A stretch of 64,000 bases of DNA from Octopus vulgaris (GCA_951406725.2 OX597828.1:76074001-76138000); one strand, 5' to 3'; numbered from the stretch's first letter, positions 41,196-55,686 are shown. Made by a program: numbers and translations. Notes: generated by a model not told the origin, from the letters alone.

Positions 41196-41226
<31 letters not shown>

Positions 41227-42531
41227 CGTATATATATGTAAGTATACATAAACACAAGCCCACGCGTGCCCCTCTGTACCAAACAGATGTAATTATACCA
41301 CCAATTATATCCATACGTATGCTCATTAGGCCCGTTTCCAGGATTCTGTGGCGTATATAGTCTTCTGCCCCCGCCCCCGATCAGCGTTAGGATCACTGGT
41401 TTTCACTAACTGAGTGGACCGAAGGAATATTAAATATAGTGGTTTGCTCAGGAACAATATATATCGGTAGGTGCAGGATTCGAAACCACAAACTTAAGAA
41501 CATAACAGAACCCCTCAAAATCCAACCATTTGTCAACATACACCCACATGCGTACATATGCAAACAGACATGCACGCAGACTCACTTAGATGCATCGTTG
41601 CTAATATGCAAAAGTGCCGTATGTCCAAGTCTTTTTTTTTTTTTCGCAAAAAGAAACAATAGTTTAATCATTCCAAAGCAAAACTGTTGTACTACATGTT
41701 GACAATATTTGATGTCTTGGCATCTGAAGAAAATGGAGATAAGATAGTTTGACCAAAAGAATTGGCTATTGCAATCAAAAATAATTCTGGAAAAAAATGC
41801 ATTTAGCCAAATTTGGACTTACGACAGTTTAACATAACATAATAGGAACAATATTTATTACAAATGTTATAAATGAGAAATTCACGATAGTGGTGTGCCC
41901 CAGCATGGTCACTGCCTTCAGGCAGAAACGCATAAAGGAAATACAAGAAATACTAACACATCTACACACACATGCACGCGCGCACACACAGTCACATACT
42001 GCAACACTCACGGGCACATATATGTGTATATTTAAATGGATACATTAATTTGTGTGTCTGTGTGTCCTAATTACATAATGTCCTGTGTCGCAGAATATCA
42101 GAAAACGGAAGAACGAGACACAGAGAGACAAAAATAAGCAATAATTTATTAGACTTGTGCGTGTGTTCGCATATATACGCACACACATATGGGTATATGT
42201 CTGCGAAATATGCGTGTGCTTGCGAGTGTGTGCGTCTCTGTGTATGCCTGTGTACATCTACACACATATATGCACATTTTTATATGTGTGTCTGCATACA
42301 CACACATATATAGGCATGTGTGTGTATTCAAATTGTGGTTCCATCTTTGATGTGTAATATCGGTAAATTACAAAGAGACTGATGAGGAATTTATTACAAA
42401 CCAAGATTAACTCTCGATTGTTTCCATTTTACATATGAGATGTATATGTACATACATACATGCATAAACACATACATACGTACATATATATATATGTATA
42501 CATATATATACGTTTGTGTGTGTATAAATGG

Positions 42532-42586
<55 letters not shown>

Positions 42587-42772
42587 CGTATGTATGCATG
42601 CATATATATATAGACATATCTATATATACTTATAGATATAGAGATATATACTTTTATATTGTTACTTTTACCATCAAATAATTAATTTCCGTAGACAATA
42701 GAATTTTGGACTTTCAATTCTAAGATAGACAACTTATATGTATATTTATATATATACATAATTAATTATACG

Positions 42773-42807
<35 letters not shown>

Positions 42808-43923
42808 ATATACATATATATATATATACACATATACATTCAAATATATATACTTATATATATATTTATACTTTCACACACAAGCCTATACACACAAATA
42901 CACACATACATATACAGGCACATATGTACATATGAACTTGCATCACAGCGAGAAGCTGCAACGAGCGCATGATTATAAAACTCTTCCATTCACGAAAAGC
43001 TAACCCCAAACGTGTAACCATTGAAAAGTTGACGATGGTGGCATGCTGCAGAATTGTCGCAGCCTTCGGGTCGAAACCCATGAAGAAGTACAAGAAATGC
43101 ACACCTAAACGTTTCTACAATCACACAGACACACATGCATGCACACGCACACACACACACACACATATGCTTGGGTGTGTTTCGTGTATTGGATGGATAT
43201 TCGTACGCATTTAACGATTTCTCTGCAAATACTCAATGCCTGGATAGATTTCAAATGAAAATGATAATTTTATGATATACAAGTTATTTCTTCTCCATGT
43301 TGATTAGTTTCTCTCCAGTCGTCTATTGGAAACTGAAAGCAAGCAATGTGGCAATTTCTCAAAAGTTTTCGAAAATATTTCCTGTAACTTCTATTCCAAT
43401 CTTCATCAGAAATTGAAATTACTTTGAAAATTGCCCGTCAGACCCAGAAAATTAATTAATCAAATACGTTTTTCTTTCCATTTTTTCCTACACTGTTTCT
43501 CTAATTCTTATGTTGGCTTGATACATAATGTATTATTTGTTATATGCTATACTAGGTTTGAAATTACGTATATTATTATAATATTGTGTTATATTATGCT
43601 CTAAGTGAAGGAGCGACGCGTAGTGGTCTAGGTGTTCTCTCACTTACGATCGCAAGGTCGTGGTTTCGATTCCAGTACCGAGCAATACATTGTGTTCTAC
43701 AGCAAAAACACTTCCATCTAAGTTGCTCCAGTATATTCAGCGGTAAACGAGTTACCTTCCGAGTAAATCGCGTCCCGGTCTGTGATGGTCACGTGCCCTC
43801 GGTCATCTATATGCCGGCGGGATCCTTTGGAAGCTGTAAGAATGCGAGGAAACACATTAAGAGCAAAGGTATGTAGCATCTGATAAGTAACGCTCGATAT
43901 GCTATTAAATGTATATATATATA

Positions 43924-44183
43924 CAGTAATCACCGATCAAATATTCCCGGCTAGTATATGCATGTAAATTTATATCGCGGACACGTCAGTATATCGCGGG
44001 TTTTTGCGGCTAATTGGTATTTAGATTTTTTTTAGATTTTAATTATTTTTGTGATAAAATAAGCATTTTCACGCCTAAAAATATAAAAATAAGACGAAAA
44101 AATTTACAGTACAGTATTGCTTCCACTTCGCGGATTTTCACCTATTTTGGAACGTAACACCCGTGACAGTTGAGGGATTACTG
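43924..44183. mobile_element. pogo/Tigger-type MITE
   Basis: TA|CAGTAATCACC ... GAGGGATTACTG|TA terminal inverted repeats with TA target duplication; subterminal atatcgcgg/ttcgcgg repeats. Confidence 0.75.
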
Positions 44184-44567
44184 TACATAAATTTATACAC
44201 ACACACACACACACACACATATCTTACACATGCTTCAGTCACTGGAGCGCGGCCGTTATAGGGCACTGCATTCAAGTTGAAGAAATCGACACCAGCATTT
44301 TTTTACGTATAGTACTTTCCCTACCTCTTTCACCGAGCTGCTATACAGGAGGACGTATATATGTGTGTGTGTATAAGAACGATAATATTTCGAAAAATAA
44401 TATCGTTGGTGGCCGTGAGCGTACAGCCATAGAGTAAAATTCATAAAATAAAATATTCACTAAGAATTCTTTCCTATCATGCCTGTATTAATCCTGTGAT
44501 TCTTCTGTGGCTTAGAAGTATTTTGACTTCTATTTTTAGCGAAGCAGATGCTTTTGTAGTACCCTAG

Positions 44568-44604
<37 letters not shown>

Positions 44605-44606
44605 AT

Positions 44607-45068
44607 GTATAAGGATGAAAAGGGACACACGAGTTGATATATATGAAAAAACAAGTCAAGACAGAAAATGCTAAAATAATTTTATAAAGAACATTTCAGT
44701 ACCGGTTTCGGTCATTTGAGACCTTTTCAACTGTAACAATGAAAAAATTCAATTTAGAAAAATTAAAAGAAAAGTTATTTGAAAAGAATATTTGTATAGT
44801 GTTCAAATATAAGTGGCATTTTCCTTGTTTCTGCCTTTCTCTGTCTCTCTTGTTTACTCTTGTGGGTTTAAGGTTCATGTGAATTCTTGGTAGGGAAGAG
44901 GAAGGAGGAGGAGGGGGGAAGGGGAGGAAGAATTTGGGATTGCCTTGATTGTCGTTGGTCTGTGGTGGCTAGCAGTTCCTGCTGTTCAATTCATGAAAAT
45001 ATTTCTATTGAAAGGTTTGTTTATATAATTTGCATAGGTGTTATACTAAAAAGTATTAGTGATAAAGT
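44607..45068 (-). mobile_element. Penelope-like 3' terminus downstream of the MYPT1 copy
   Basis: Contains the hammerhead at 44697-44733, followed by an AT-rich tail ending in a microsatellite. Confidence 0.6.
44697..44733 (-). ncRNA. Minimal type I hammerhead motif, U3-A8 core variant
   Basis: CAG-TTGAAAA-GGTC tcaaat GACC-GAAA-CCGG-TA-CTG. Confidence 0.68.
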
Positions 45069-45129
45069 TAGGAAGAGGAGGGGGGAGAAGAAGAAGAAGA
45101 AGAAGAAGAAGAAGAAGAAGAAGAAGAAA

Positions 45130-45172
<43 letters not shown>

Positions 45173-46081
45173 TAAATAAAACATATGCATATATTTATCT
45201 CTAAGCTTAGCTTGTTTCTTTTTGAGTTCTTCAAGTAAAGAAAGAAGTTCAGTATCAGCAACATCAAAAGCAGTTTGCCCTGCATTGTTTTTTGAGTCCA
45301 TATCACAGAAATGTTCAGCTAATATTTTGCAAGCTCTTTCCTGGCCCCAGTGAGCTGCTGCATGAAGAGGAGTCCAACTATCTGAGTCTTTGATATTTAC
45401 ATTAGCTTTTGCTTGGTTTAATAAATGCATAACTTTCATATAGCCCATTGCTGCTGCTACATGATGAGCAACAGCACCTGTTTTTGCATGAGGCCGCTCT
45501 GTCACACAATCGGAATTTAACCATTGGTTAGCATCAGAAAGCATCATTTCTTCCTCTTCTAGTCGTGCTGCTTCAGCATCCACACCTTGGCGATTCATTT
45601 CTTCTTGAAGCAACTTTTCCATTTTGGCTTCTTCACATATATCAAGAGGAAGATCGCCATCATTGTTAACAGCAGCTATATTGGCACAGGTGCTGATAAG
45701 ATATTGTGCAATGTCATTAAAGCCACATGAAGCTGTAGCATGAAGAGGTGTCCAACCTTCATTATCACAGACATCAACATCAGCACCATTAGCAACAAGA
45801 AACTTCACCATGTCAATTTTGTCATCAATACATGCCTGGTGTAGAGCGGTAAGCCCATCCACATTGGCGGTGTTAATATCTGCTCCTCGAGCCAACAGTT
45901 TTATCACTTCGTCTTTATCTCCACTAGAACACGTTGCTAAAAAGACACAACCATCCTGAAAATTAACTCTTTTAGGTCGGTCTCGAACGCCAATCGATTC
46001 CCTATTTGTATCAGAGTCCGCCCAACGTTTCAATTGTTGGTTCCTTCTTGCACAGGCAGTTGCCTTATTATCATCCGCCAT
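45068..46081 (-). CDS. PPP1R12A: Myosin phosphatase targeting subunit (MYPT1/PPP1R12/Mbs) N-terminal domain; intronless, C-terminally truncated, probable processed retrocopy
   Basis: MyPhoNE motif RNQQLKRW, PP1-docking RVxF (KRVNF), ankyrin repeats (GADINTANVDGLTALHQAC, NEGWTPLHA, WTPLHAAAHWG, GQTAFDVAD), LEELKKKQ. Homology covers 296 codons (46081-45194), then the frame reads through microsatellite to the stop. Confidence 0.9.
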
Positions 46082-46211
46082 GGCAGCAAACTCAAAATAA
46101 TGTTAAGTCTCTTGCGAAATCTCGCCAGTTCACGTCGGAAGCTGTCCAGGGAACGTGTAAGAGAGAGAGAGGGGGAACAGCTAGATACATACATGTATAT
46201 ATACACACATA

Positions 46212-46630
46212 TATGAGTACAGGACACCAAAAAAACGTCGAACACAATGAGAAACGAAAACATAGATACAAACCCAAGGAACTGGGCATTTTTCTTAAAC
46301 AACAAAAAAAAAAAATAGAGTACAGGACAAATAACACAAGGAAAAAACCCCTTCTTCAGGCGCCATGGTTTCATCTACTCTACGTTTCGAAGGTGAAGGC
46401 GAGACGTATCTTCGATAGAAACTTTCCTTCCTGCGAAAAGCAAATCAAATAAAATTTGAGATCTTTTCGCAGAGGGGTAAAAATGGTAACAAAAACAGGA
46501 CAGTAACGACAGTACAAAATAAGCAGTAAAAGACAGGACAAGGCAAATAACAAGACAAGAAGGGCTGTTAAGCCGAACGAAAAAAAGTATTACGAACGCT
46601 ATTTCTGTGGACGGCGAAGGGAGCAAAGAA
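46212..46630 (-). mobile_element. Repeat terminus of probable Penelope-like type upstream of the MYPT1 copy
   Basis: Minus strand has GAAGG..CCTTC-GAAA-CG-TA and a tgcgaaaag/cttttcgca hairpin, with a T-rich tail ending in (TA)n; no intact CUGANGA in register. Confidence 0.4.
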
Positions 46631-47499
46631 AATTGCCGTCAGAGGTGACTCCAGGTCAGCAACGTCACTCGAGCTTATGACAGATTTTGCATACCAGCTC
46701 GAAGAATTTCACGTCTTACCTCAATATCTGTAGCCCCAAACGGCTCCATGTTCATATCTAGCACTATATCTTTCTCCATTTCTAACTTAAGAGTGAAAAT
46801 AAAGCAACCCTGGAAAACGCAACAGATCTTTACACACAGACGCACAGAATAATCGCAATCAAATAACAACAGCGGAGTACATAACAGCGATCTGACTGTT
46901 GCCTGTACTCTTGAGAAGAGAGGCCAGTTAGCCTTTTAAACCTACCAAGCTCGTTCGTATTAGACCGGGTTGCTGGATAATTTTTCGTTTCTTTAAGAAT
47001 ATTATGGACGGAAACATTTTATAGATTGGAATTTACATCCTAATCTCTATGGAAATTAATTGTTTCAAGAAAACATTAAATTTTGCTTACTTTTAATTGT
47101 TACGATTATAATTAACAACTCGGGCTGTAAGTTCTGAGCCTGAGTCTGGCGCGTGTGAACGATGTCGAGAGAACATCTGCTACGAATGATATATTTTGAC
47201 ACAGGGCACCTCTAAGACGACCGCCAGACAATGAACGAAAATAGATAAACTGCATCCGCGCTGAGTAAAAGAAGCACAAGTTATTGGCTACAATTACACA
47301 CTTGAAGTCAGTGTTGGCAGAAATTAAATCAGCTTGAATATACATGTTCCAGTTACTAAAGTTTGTACCTGGAGTCGCCACTGATATATATATATTCAGT
47401 GGTGTCTGCTCGTCGGAGGTCAGGTGTGAGCAGAGATGAAAGGAAGACTTCGAACTTCTGTGTACACACTCATGCCGTAATATTTATGATTTAGTGGCT

Positions 47500-48460
<961 letters not shown>

Positions 48461-48464
48461 CACA

Positions 48465-48673
48465 AAGGTGACGAGCAGGCAGAATCGTTAGCACGCCGGA
48501 CAAAATAATTAGCGGTATTTCATTCCTCTGCGTGATCTGAGTTCAAATTCCGCCGAGGTTGTCTTTGCCTCTCATTCTTACGGGGTTGATAAAGTACCAG
48601 TTGAGTACTGAGGTCGATTTAATCGACTATCCTCCTCCTTCAAATTTAAGGCCTTGTGCATATAGCAGAAAGG

Positions 48674-48676
<3 letters not shown>
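48465..48676 (+). mobile_element. Nin-domain SINE, near full length
   Basis: aaggtgacgagcaggcagaatcgttagcacgccgg head, through ggccttgtgcatatagcagaaagg, then (ATT)n. Confidence 0.85.
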
Positions 48677-48765
<89 letters not shown>

Positions 48766-49465
48766 TTCCAAGAAAAAAGGTTTAAGCTAAAGTCAAAATA
48801 TATTGAGAGTTGAAATCGTAGAATTAAGCCGAAGAAGATAATCTGGATTTGAAAAGAAAGCGTAAGAAAGACTAAGGAAACAAAACAAAACAAAAATTAA
48901 TATACAAACAAAAAACGCTAACTCCGAGTAGATGTATGTAAATGGATGAATATTTGACAAGGGATAGATGGATTAATGATAGAGATTAAGGGAAATATTC
49001 CTTGAATGTCATGGAATCGGTGAACAAAAGACAGGTATATAGGCACAATTAAGAACAGAGATGCTAGATGGATGGGGGGAGGAGAGAGAGAGAGAGAAAG
49101 AAAGAGGCAGAGAGAAAGAGAGGGCGAGAGAGGCGGCAGAAAGTGATAAATAGATATTCCGTTGTGTATATACGTGTGTGTGTATGTCTGCGTGTTCCTC
49201 TGCATGTATGTGTACGGAGACAACTATCGGGCTTAATATAATATACATATACATACATGTATGTGTGTGTGTGTATGTGCGTGCGTATGGGTGCGTAGGT
49301 GTGCATCGAAATATGTGTGTGTTTGTGTAGGTATGAGTCCGTGTGTGTATGTGCGTGATGAATTGATGGATAGAGAGATAGATGGATATATATACATAGA
49401 CAGACAGCAGATATATACATATACATAAATACATACATACATAACATACATACATACATATATAT

Positions 49466-49525
<60 letters not shown>

Positions 49526-50768
49526 CATACATACATACATACATACATACATACATACATACATACATACATTCATATATACCTAGGCAGATAGACAGAC
49601 TGATTAACAGATAGATAGATTGGTAGAGGAACAGACAGGGATAAATAGATTATATTCAGAACAGGATGAATGGTATAATTTAAGGATAGAGGTATGACTT
49701 AACAATAAAGGTATATGTAACTATGTGTACAGATATTTATATACGTGTGTGTGGGATGTACACGTGTTATGAAAGAGAGAGTGTGAGTGAGAGAGGGTTA
49801 GGTAGACAACAATTATTGGTACACGTAAATGCATATATACACGCACATATAAAGTCATACATAGTACTTACATACATACAAACATACATACATACTTACT
49901 AATATTCCTACATACACACACAGCTCTCGTGTGGTGATACTTTGGAAAAGAAACTAAAAAGAAGGGGAAATATTTGGCAAAGACAGAATGATGTATAAAA
50001 AAAGGAAAAATCAAAAGAAACAGACAATAAAGGAATGGAAAGATAAAGAAAAAATATGTTAAAGGAAAGTAAATAAAATGAAAAATAAAATGAAAAAATT
50101 GTGAGTTAATCTAATGACGAGATAAGTTATCAAGGTTTTGGAAGGAAGCTGTATTTCCTAACAATGTTCTTTTGTATTAAATCTTCATCTATGTGTGTAT
50201 GTCTGTATGTGTGTGTATATATATATATCAACACACATATGTATATATATATATATATGTATATATATACGCACAAACACACACGCATACACACATTCAA
50301 GCACTCACACACTCACTCACACACACTTACACACACATATCAATCTCTGTCACTTCCTTTCTATCTCACCGTTCCTCTTTACTTCCATACTTACTGCGAT
50401 AATGATGGTACATACTTGATCTGATTCAATTTTTTGTCTCGATGAATATCAGAATTATCTTTCTCTCCCCTTCTTTTCCTGCCTTTAAGTCCTATGTCCA
50501 ATGATGTTGCGATAATACCTATCGTATATAAGACAGTCTCAGGTATTATATTCCAAGGATCAGCACAATTTGAAGTTGGAATAAGACGAGAGGAAATGTA
50601 ATGACGGTAGAGATGAGGGCACGACGTGGTTGTTAGTTATTTTCGCTCCAATCCCCCAACAAACCCCCCAAAATCCCAGCACAGTTCGGTTGTGTATGAT
50701 AATCGCCTAAGCAACTAGATCTTATCGTTTATTCACAGATTTCACTGATCCCGTGTATGCCAGAATTG

Positions 50769-50822
<54 letters not shown>

Positions 50823-51074
50823 GTTTATATATTTATATATATACATACATATATATGCATATATGTATGTATGTATATATATACACACACACATATATAC
50901 ACATGTAAACACACGTACACACACATGCACACACGCGCATATATACTTATACATATCGCTGTCTCTGTTTATGAATAAATATGCAAATACATAGATACAG
51001 GCACACATATACATACAAACTTACATGAATACAGACAGACATATAAACAAACGTTCAAGAGTGTATTTATCTAA

Positions 51075-51350
51075 ACTGCTTTGCTCTACGTCAATGATCT
51101 TCTATCAACTTTATTCAATCATATAAACTTCGGTTTATTCACCGATTCCTTGGTCAACGGTCATCAAGCACAACGAGATCCGATTAACACAACATACAAC
51201 GCACAACTTTAAACCGCATTCATCACAAAAACATATCCATGTATCAAAATACAGCACATCTAATAGAATTATCGCTGTATATTGAATCTTCCCCGTTCGT
51301 AGATACACAAATATTCTCTATCCTATACAGGCTGTCAATGAAATTCGAGA
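51075..51350 (+). mobile_element. Fossil CR1/Jockey-type RT fragment
   Basis: LLYVNDLLSTLFNHINFGLFTDS resembles the LLYINDLP..LFADD RT motif; otherwise heavily decayed. Confidence 0.4.
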
Positions 51351-52041
51351 AGACGTAAGTAAATAAGCGAGCTCCCATGCTAGACAGCACTGCTCAATCT
51401 CTATTGTATTAAGTCTTACAAAGGAAGCTACCAATTAAGCGTAAGGGATACTGTGCTGAACAATATTGCTGAGGAAACGCTGTTTGCAAATGGGTTTTTT
51501 TACGGAGTACATTACTGGAAATAAATTTGATATATCCAGAAAGAGGAAATATGAAGTGGACCACTTCTGAACTTACATAACTTTACATTTGTTATTGTGT
51601 AACCCTAGGGTAAACCATATTTAGACGAACTACGATATAACCGGTTCCAGCTATGATCAGCTATGATCATTTACCAAAGTCACCATCATCACTACCACTA
51701 CCACCACCACAACCACCACCACCATCATCATCATCATTATCATCATTATAATAATAATCATTATTATTTGATAAGCTAGCAAACTCGTTGGAGCGTCCAC
51801 AAAATTGTTTGCTGTGTTTTTTGTTTCTTCCGGCGCTTTCCGTCCTCGGTTCATATGTCGCTGAGGTCATCTTTCACTTCCATCCTTGTGAAGTCGATAA
51901 AATAACTCACCTGGCAAGTATAGAGGTCGTTGTAGTTGATTTGTCCATCCTCCCGGGAAGTGCTGGCCCTGCATTAAAATTATTGCTGTTGTTGCCACTG
52001 CTGCTGCTGCTGCCACTGCTGCTGCTGCTATTGTTGTTGTT

Positions 52042-52262
52042 AAGGTGGCGAGCCGAGAGGTTTGTTAGCACGCGAGGCAAAAATGCTAAGCGGCGTTTCC
52101 TCCTTCTTTGCTTTGTGAGTTCAAATTCTGCCGAGGTCGACTTTACCTTTCATCCTTTCGGGATAGATAAATTAAATTCCAGTGGGACACTAGTGTTTTA
52201 CGTAATCGACTAGGTTTATCCCCATAAATTTCAAGTTTTGTCTCGCTACTAGAATGGATTAT
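52042..52262 (+). mobile_element. Nin-domain SINE
   Basis: gagttcaaattctgccgaggtcgactttacctttcatcctttcggg. Confidence 0.8.
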
Positions 52263-53037
52263 TAGTTTTGTTTTAAATATTAGTGAGTTCAGAATATCAC
52301 CATCTCAAGTTGGATGTGCTATCAAAATTCGACTTTTCTAGATACTTCACAATGTTATTAAGCAAGAGATTTCAGTACACTGGCGGCAGAATCAGTAATA
52401 TGCCAGGGAGAAAGTCCTACATTTTTATTCCGGTTTTCTGCACATTGACATCAAATCCGCCTCTGTATAACACTGCATTTAATCTTTCCTTGTTCCATAA
52501 ATAATATAAAAGTAGCGAACTTGAATCGATCCCTTTTCTCTCACATACACGGCCCATACCACAATCAGCTGAGCCGTGGGGAGGGTCATGGGAAGAATAC
52601 TAAGAAAATTTCATCTTCAATAAATGGGCGTTACTTGCAAGATGAGATAGCAACTTCTTTATAAACATCAAACGGTTATTTTGAAGGGATTCTTCATGAA
52701 GATATCGAATCCCAAATGCAAAGCGGGGAACAAAAAGGAAGAGCAACTGAAAAGAAAATTTTGACGGCTGATTATGCGTACGTTTAGATTTCTCGAAATT
52801 TCCCTGTCCACCATATTCTCTTCATGTCTACCTTTCTGAAGAAGAGTGAATGTTCGAAATATTCCGGTAATTTTCTTCTTTCTTTTTTTATCCTTTTTCT
52901 GATCGTGAAACTAATATTGATTTTATGTTTGTTTTTTAGCGTGTCGTTGCATTGGAATTTTCTTAAACTTTCCACTATGTATACATATGCATGTGTGTAT
53001 ATATTTATATATGTATGCATGTATTTGTGTGTGTATA

Positions 53038-53111
<74 letters not shown>

Positions 53112-53295
53112 TGTGTATATATATATATATGCGTGTGTGTGAGTGTGTGTGTGTGTGTGTGTGTGCGTGCGTGTATGTGTAAGTGACATAGTCGCTGTGA
53201 ACTACTTCAAAGAAATGTATGATGGAATATATTTTGATACCTGTTATCTTTTCAACCAATTGTTTATGTACAGATGCACTGTCTCCATTTAGATA

Positions 53296-53340
<45 letters not shown>

Positions 53341-53598
53341 GAGACAGAGAGACAGAGAGATAGATAGATAGATAGACAGACAGATAGATAGATAAATAGA
53401 TAGATAGATAGATACATACATACATACATATATATATGTATATATGTATATAGAGAGAGATTGGTATACATACATGTATATATATATGTATGTGTGTGTG
53501 TGTGCTTTTGTGTGTGTACATGGGTGAGATGTATATTTAATGACTTGTTTCAGTACCCACAGTCTCAGCATACACATACTCTCGTGCATACACAATCA

Positions 53599-53668
<70 letters not shown>

Positions 53669-53976
53669 TTCTGCTACCCTCACTTTCTGTCTCTGTCTGT
53701 CTGTCTGTCCGTCTGCCTGTTTTCCCATCTCTATCTCCCTTTCTCCACTTCCTGAGTTTCCATTTAGCGTTGCTTAAGCATTTTTTAAAGTATCTGTGAT
53801 AAATTGTTAGATAAGGAGACAAGACCCACACACACACACACACACACTAAAAGGCACGTCTATACGAACGTTCCCTCATTCTCAGACACGTACTAAAAAA
53901 CACACGTTGACACACGTGTTTATACAATACTAGCTAGATACACATTTCTGTATACGTACATATATATATGTAAATA

Positions 53977-54041
<65 letters not shown>

Positions 54042-54160
54042 CTCTCTCTCTATATATATATATATACGCGTATTTACGCGCACATGTATATATGCAATTA
54101 TACATATGTATATACATGCATTTTCCATTCGTATATATACGTAATAATTAATTGAATATA

Positions 54161-54197
<37 letters not shown>

Positions 54198-54202
54198 CAT
54201 GT

Positions 54203-54269
<67 letters not shown>

Positions 54270-54785
54270 ACATTTATATCTATGTATATATATATATATT
54301 TATATATATATATATATGTATGTATATATGTGGCCGCATGCATATGCTCTTGTATACGTATGCAGGTGTCTGAATGCAAAGACATTCATATGCACGCAGT
54401 TATGTTGTCACATAATTGCATATATAATGCATACACACACACATCGTGTAATACATGAGTGCTGCTAGAAGGTTACACATACCAGCAAACATGAATATAC
54501 ACACACGCACGCACACAATTATACATACATACATATATATAAATATATATATATATATATATTTATATAAACACATTGTGCATACACCTGTATGCATATC
54601 AGGCCGTCAACTCGTGTGTACTTAATGTCTCTCGTAGAATCTGCCATCATCATCAAAAAGCCATAAGAATGCAGACCATTCTGATTAGCTCCATTGTTCC
54701 ACCCTCGCCGCCATTGAAATATTTGCTGTTTGTTCGCCAGGCACTAACATAATTTCTGGTTAAGGTTACACTAAAGTAACCTCTA

Positions 54786-54847
<62 letters not shown>

Positions 54848-55598
54848 GTGCTATTATTATTATGATTATTATTATGATTGTTATTATTATTATTACTGTT
54901 ATTTGTGGTGGTGGTAGTATTAGCAGTAGTAATAATGATGTAATTTATACATAGAGTCGAGTCTCCTTCTCCGTTTCTCCGCTAACAGACTGCTTTTAAT
55001 TATTTGTTCGAGTCATTTTCTCTAATTGCTCGGTTTTTGTGGCTACTTTTCGTGTTTCAGCAGAAAAAATGTCTTCCAAAACACTTTCCTCTTTGGTGAT
55101 TCTATTGTATCGCTCTTATTTCTTTCCATCAACTTAAGTACCCTTCCTTCTCTGTAACTCTTTTACTCTCTCTCTCTCTCTCTCACACACACACAGACAC
55201 ACATTCACCTCTTTCCCTAATTCAGTATTTCTTTCTATCACTCTCTAGCCCCGCTCTCTCTCTTTCTCTTCCACTTTTCTTTTCACTATCTTTCTAAAGA
55301 TAGCCCCTCTCTCCGTTTGTCTCTATATCTTCTCACTCTCTCTTTTTCGATCTATCTGTCCCACTTCTTTGCATTTGTCTTTCCGTAGGCAACCCTCGCT
55401 TAATTATATCACCACTTCTACCGAAAAAAATCCCCACTCTCTTCACGTCTGTTTGTCTATCTACATTCATTTTAATCTCTGTTCTTTTTATCCCTTCCAG
55501 TAAACTACTTCTTTCTCCCTCACACACACACTCACACACACACACTCACACACAGTGATTAAAACGAAAGGTGGAGTGCAACTAGAAGCATTTATTAG

Positions 55599-55686
55599 CA
55601 CAACAATCGTTTCAGCTTTATTCTGCACCGCTCCTTAGTGGTTGTGAGACAATGTAACGCCCAGTGCAAAAGAGCCTCATCACGTG
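55599..55686 (-). ncRNA. Hammerhead-like motif with 63-nt extended stem II (C3>G, probably decayed)
   Basis: CAC-GTGATGA-[GGCT.TTTTGCACT...GGTGCAGAA.AGCT]-GAAA-CGATTG-TT-GTG, followed by AATAAA. Confidence 0.6.

Noticed and set aside
45068-45193. C-terminal YIYI/poly-Ser tail of the MYPT1 ORF as real protein sequence
   Set aside because: Read-through of (TA)n and (TTC)n after homology ends.
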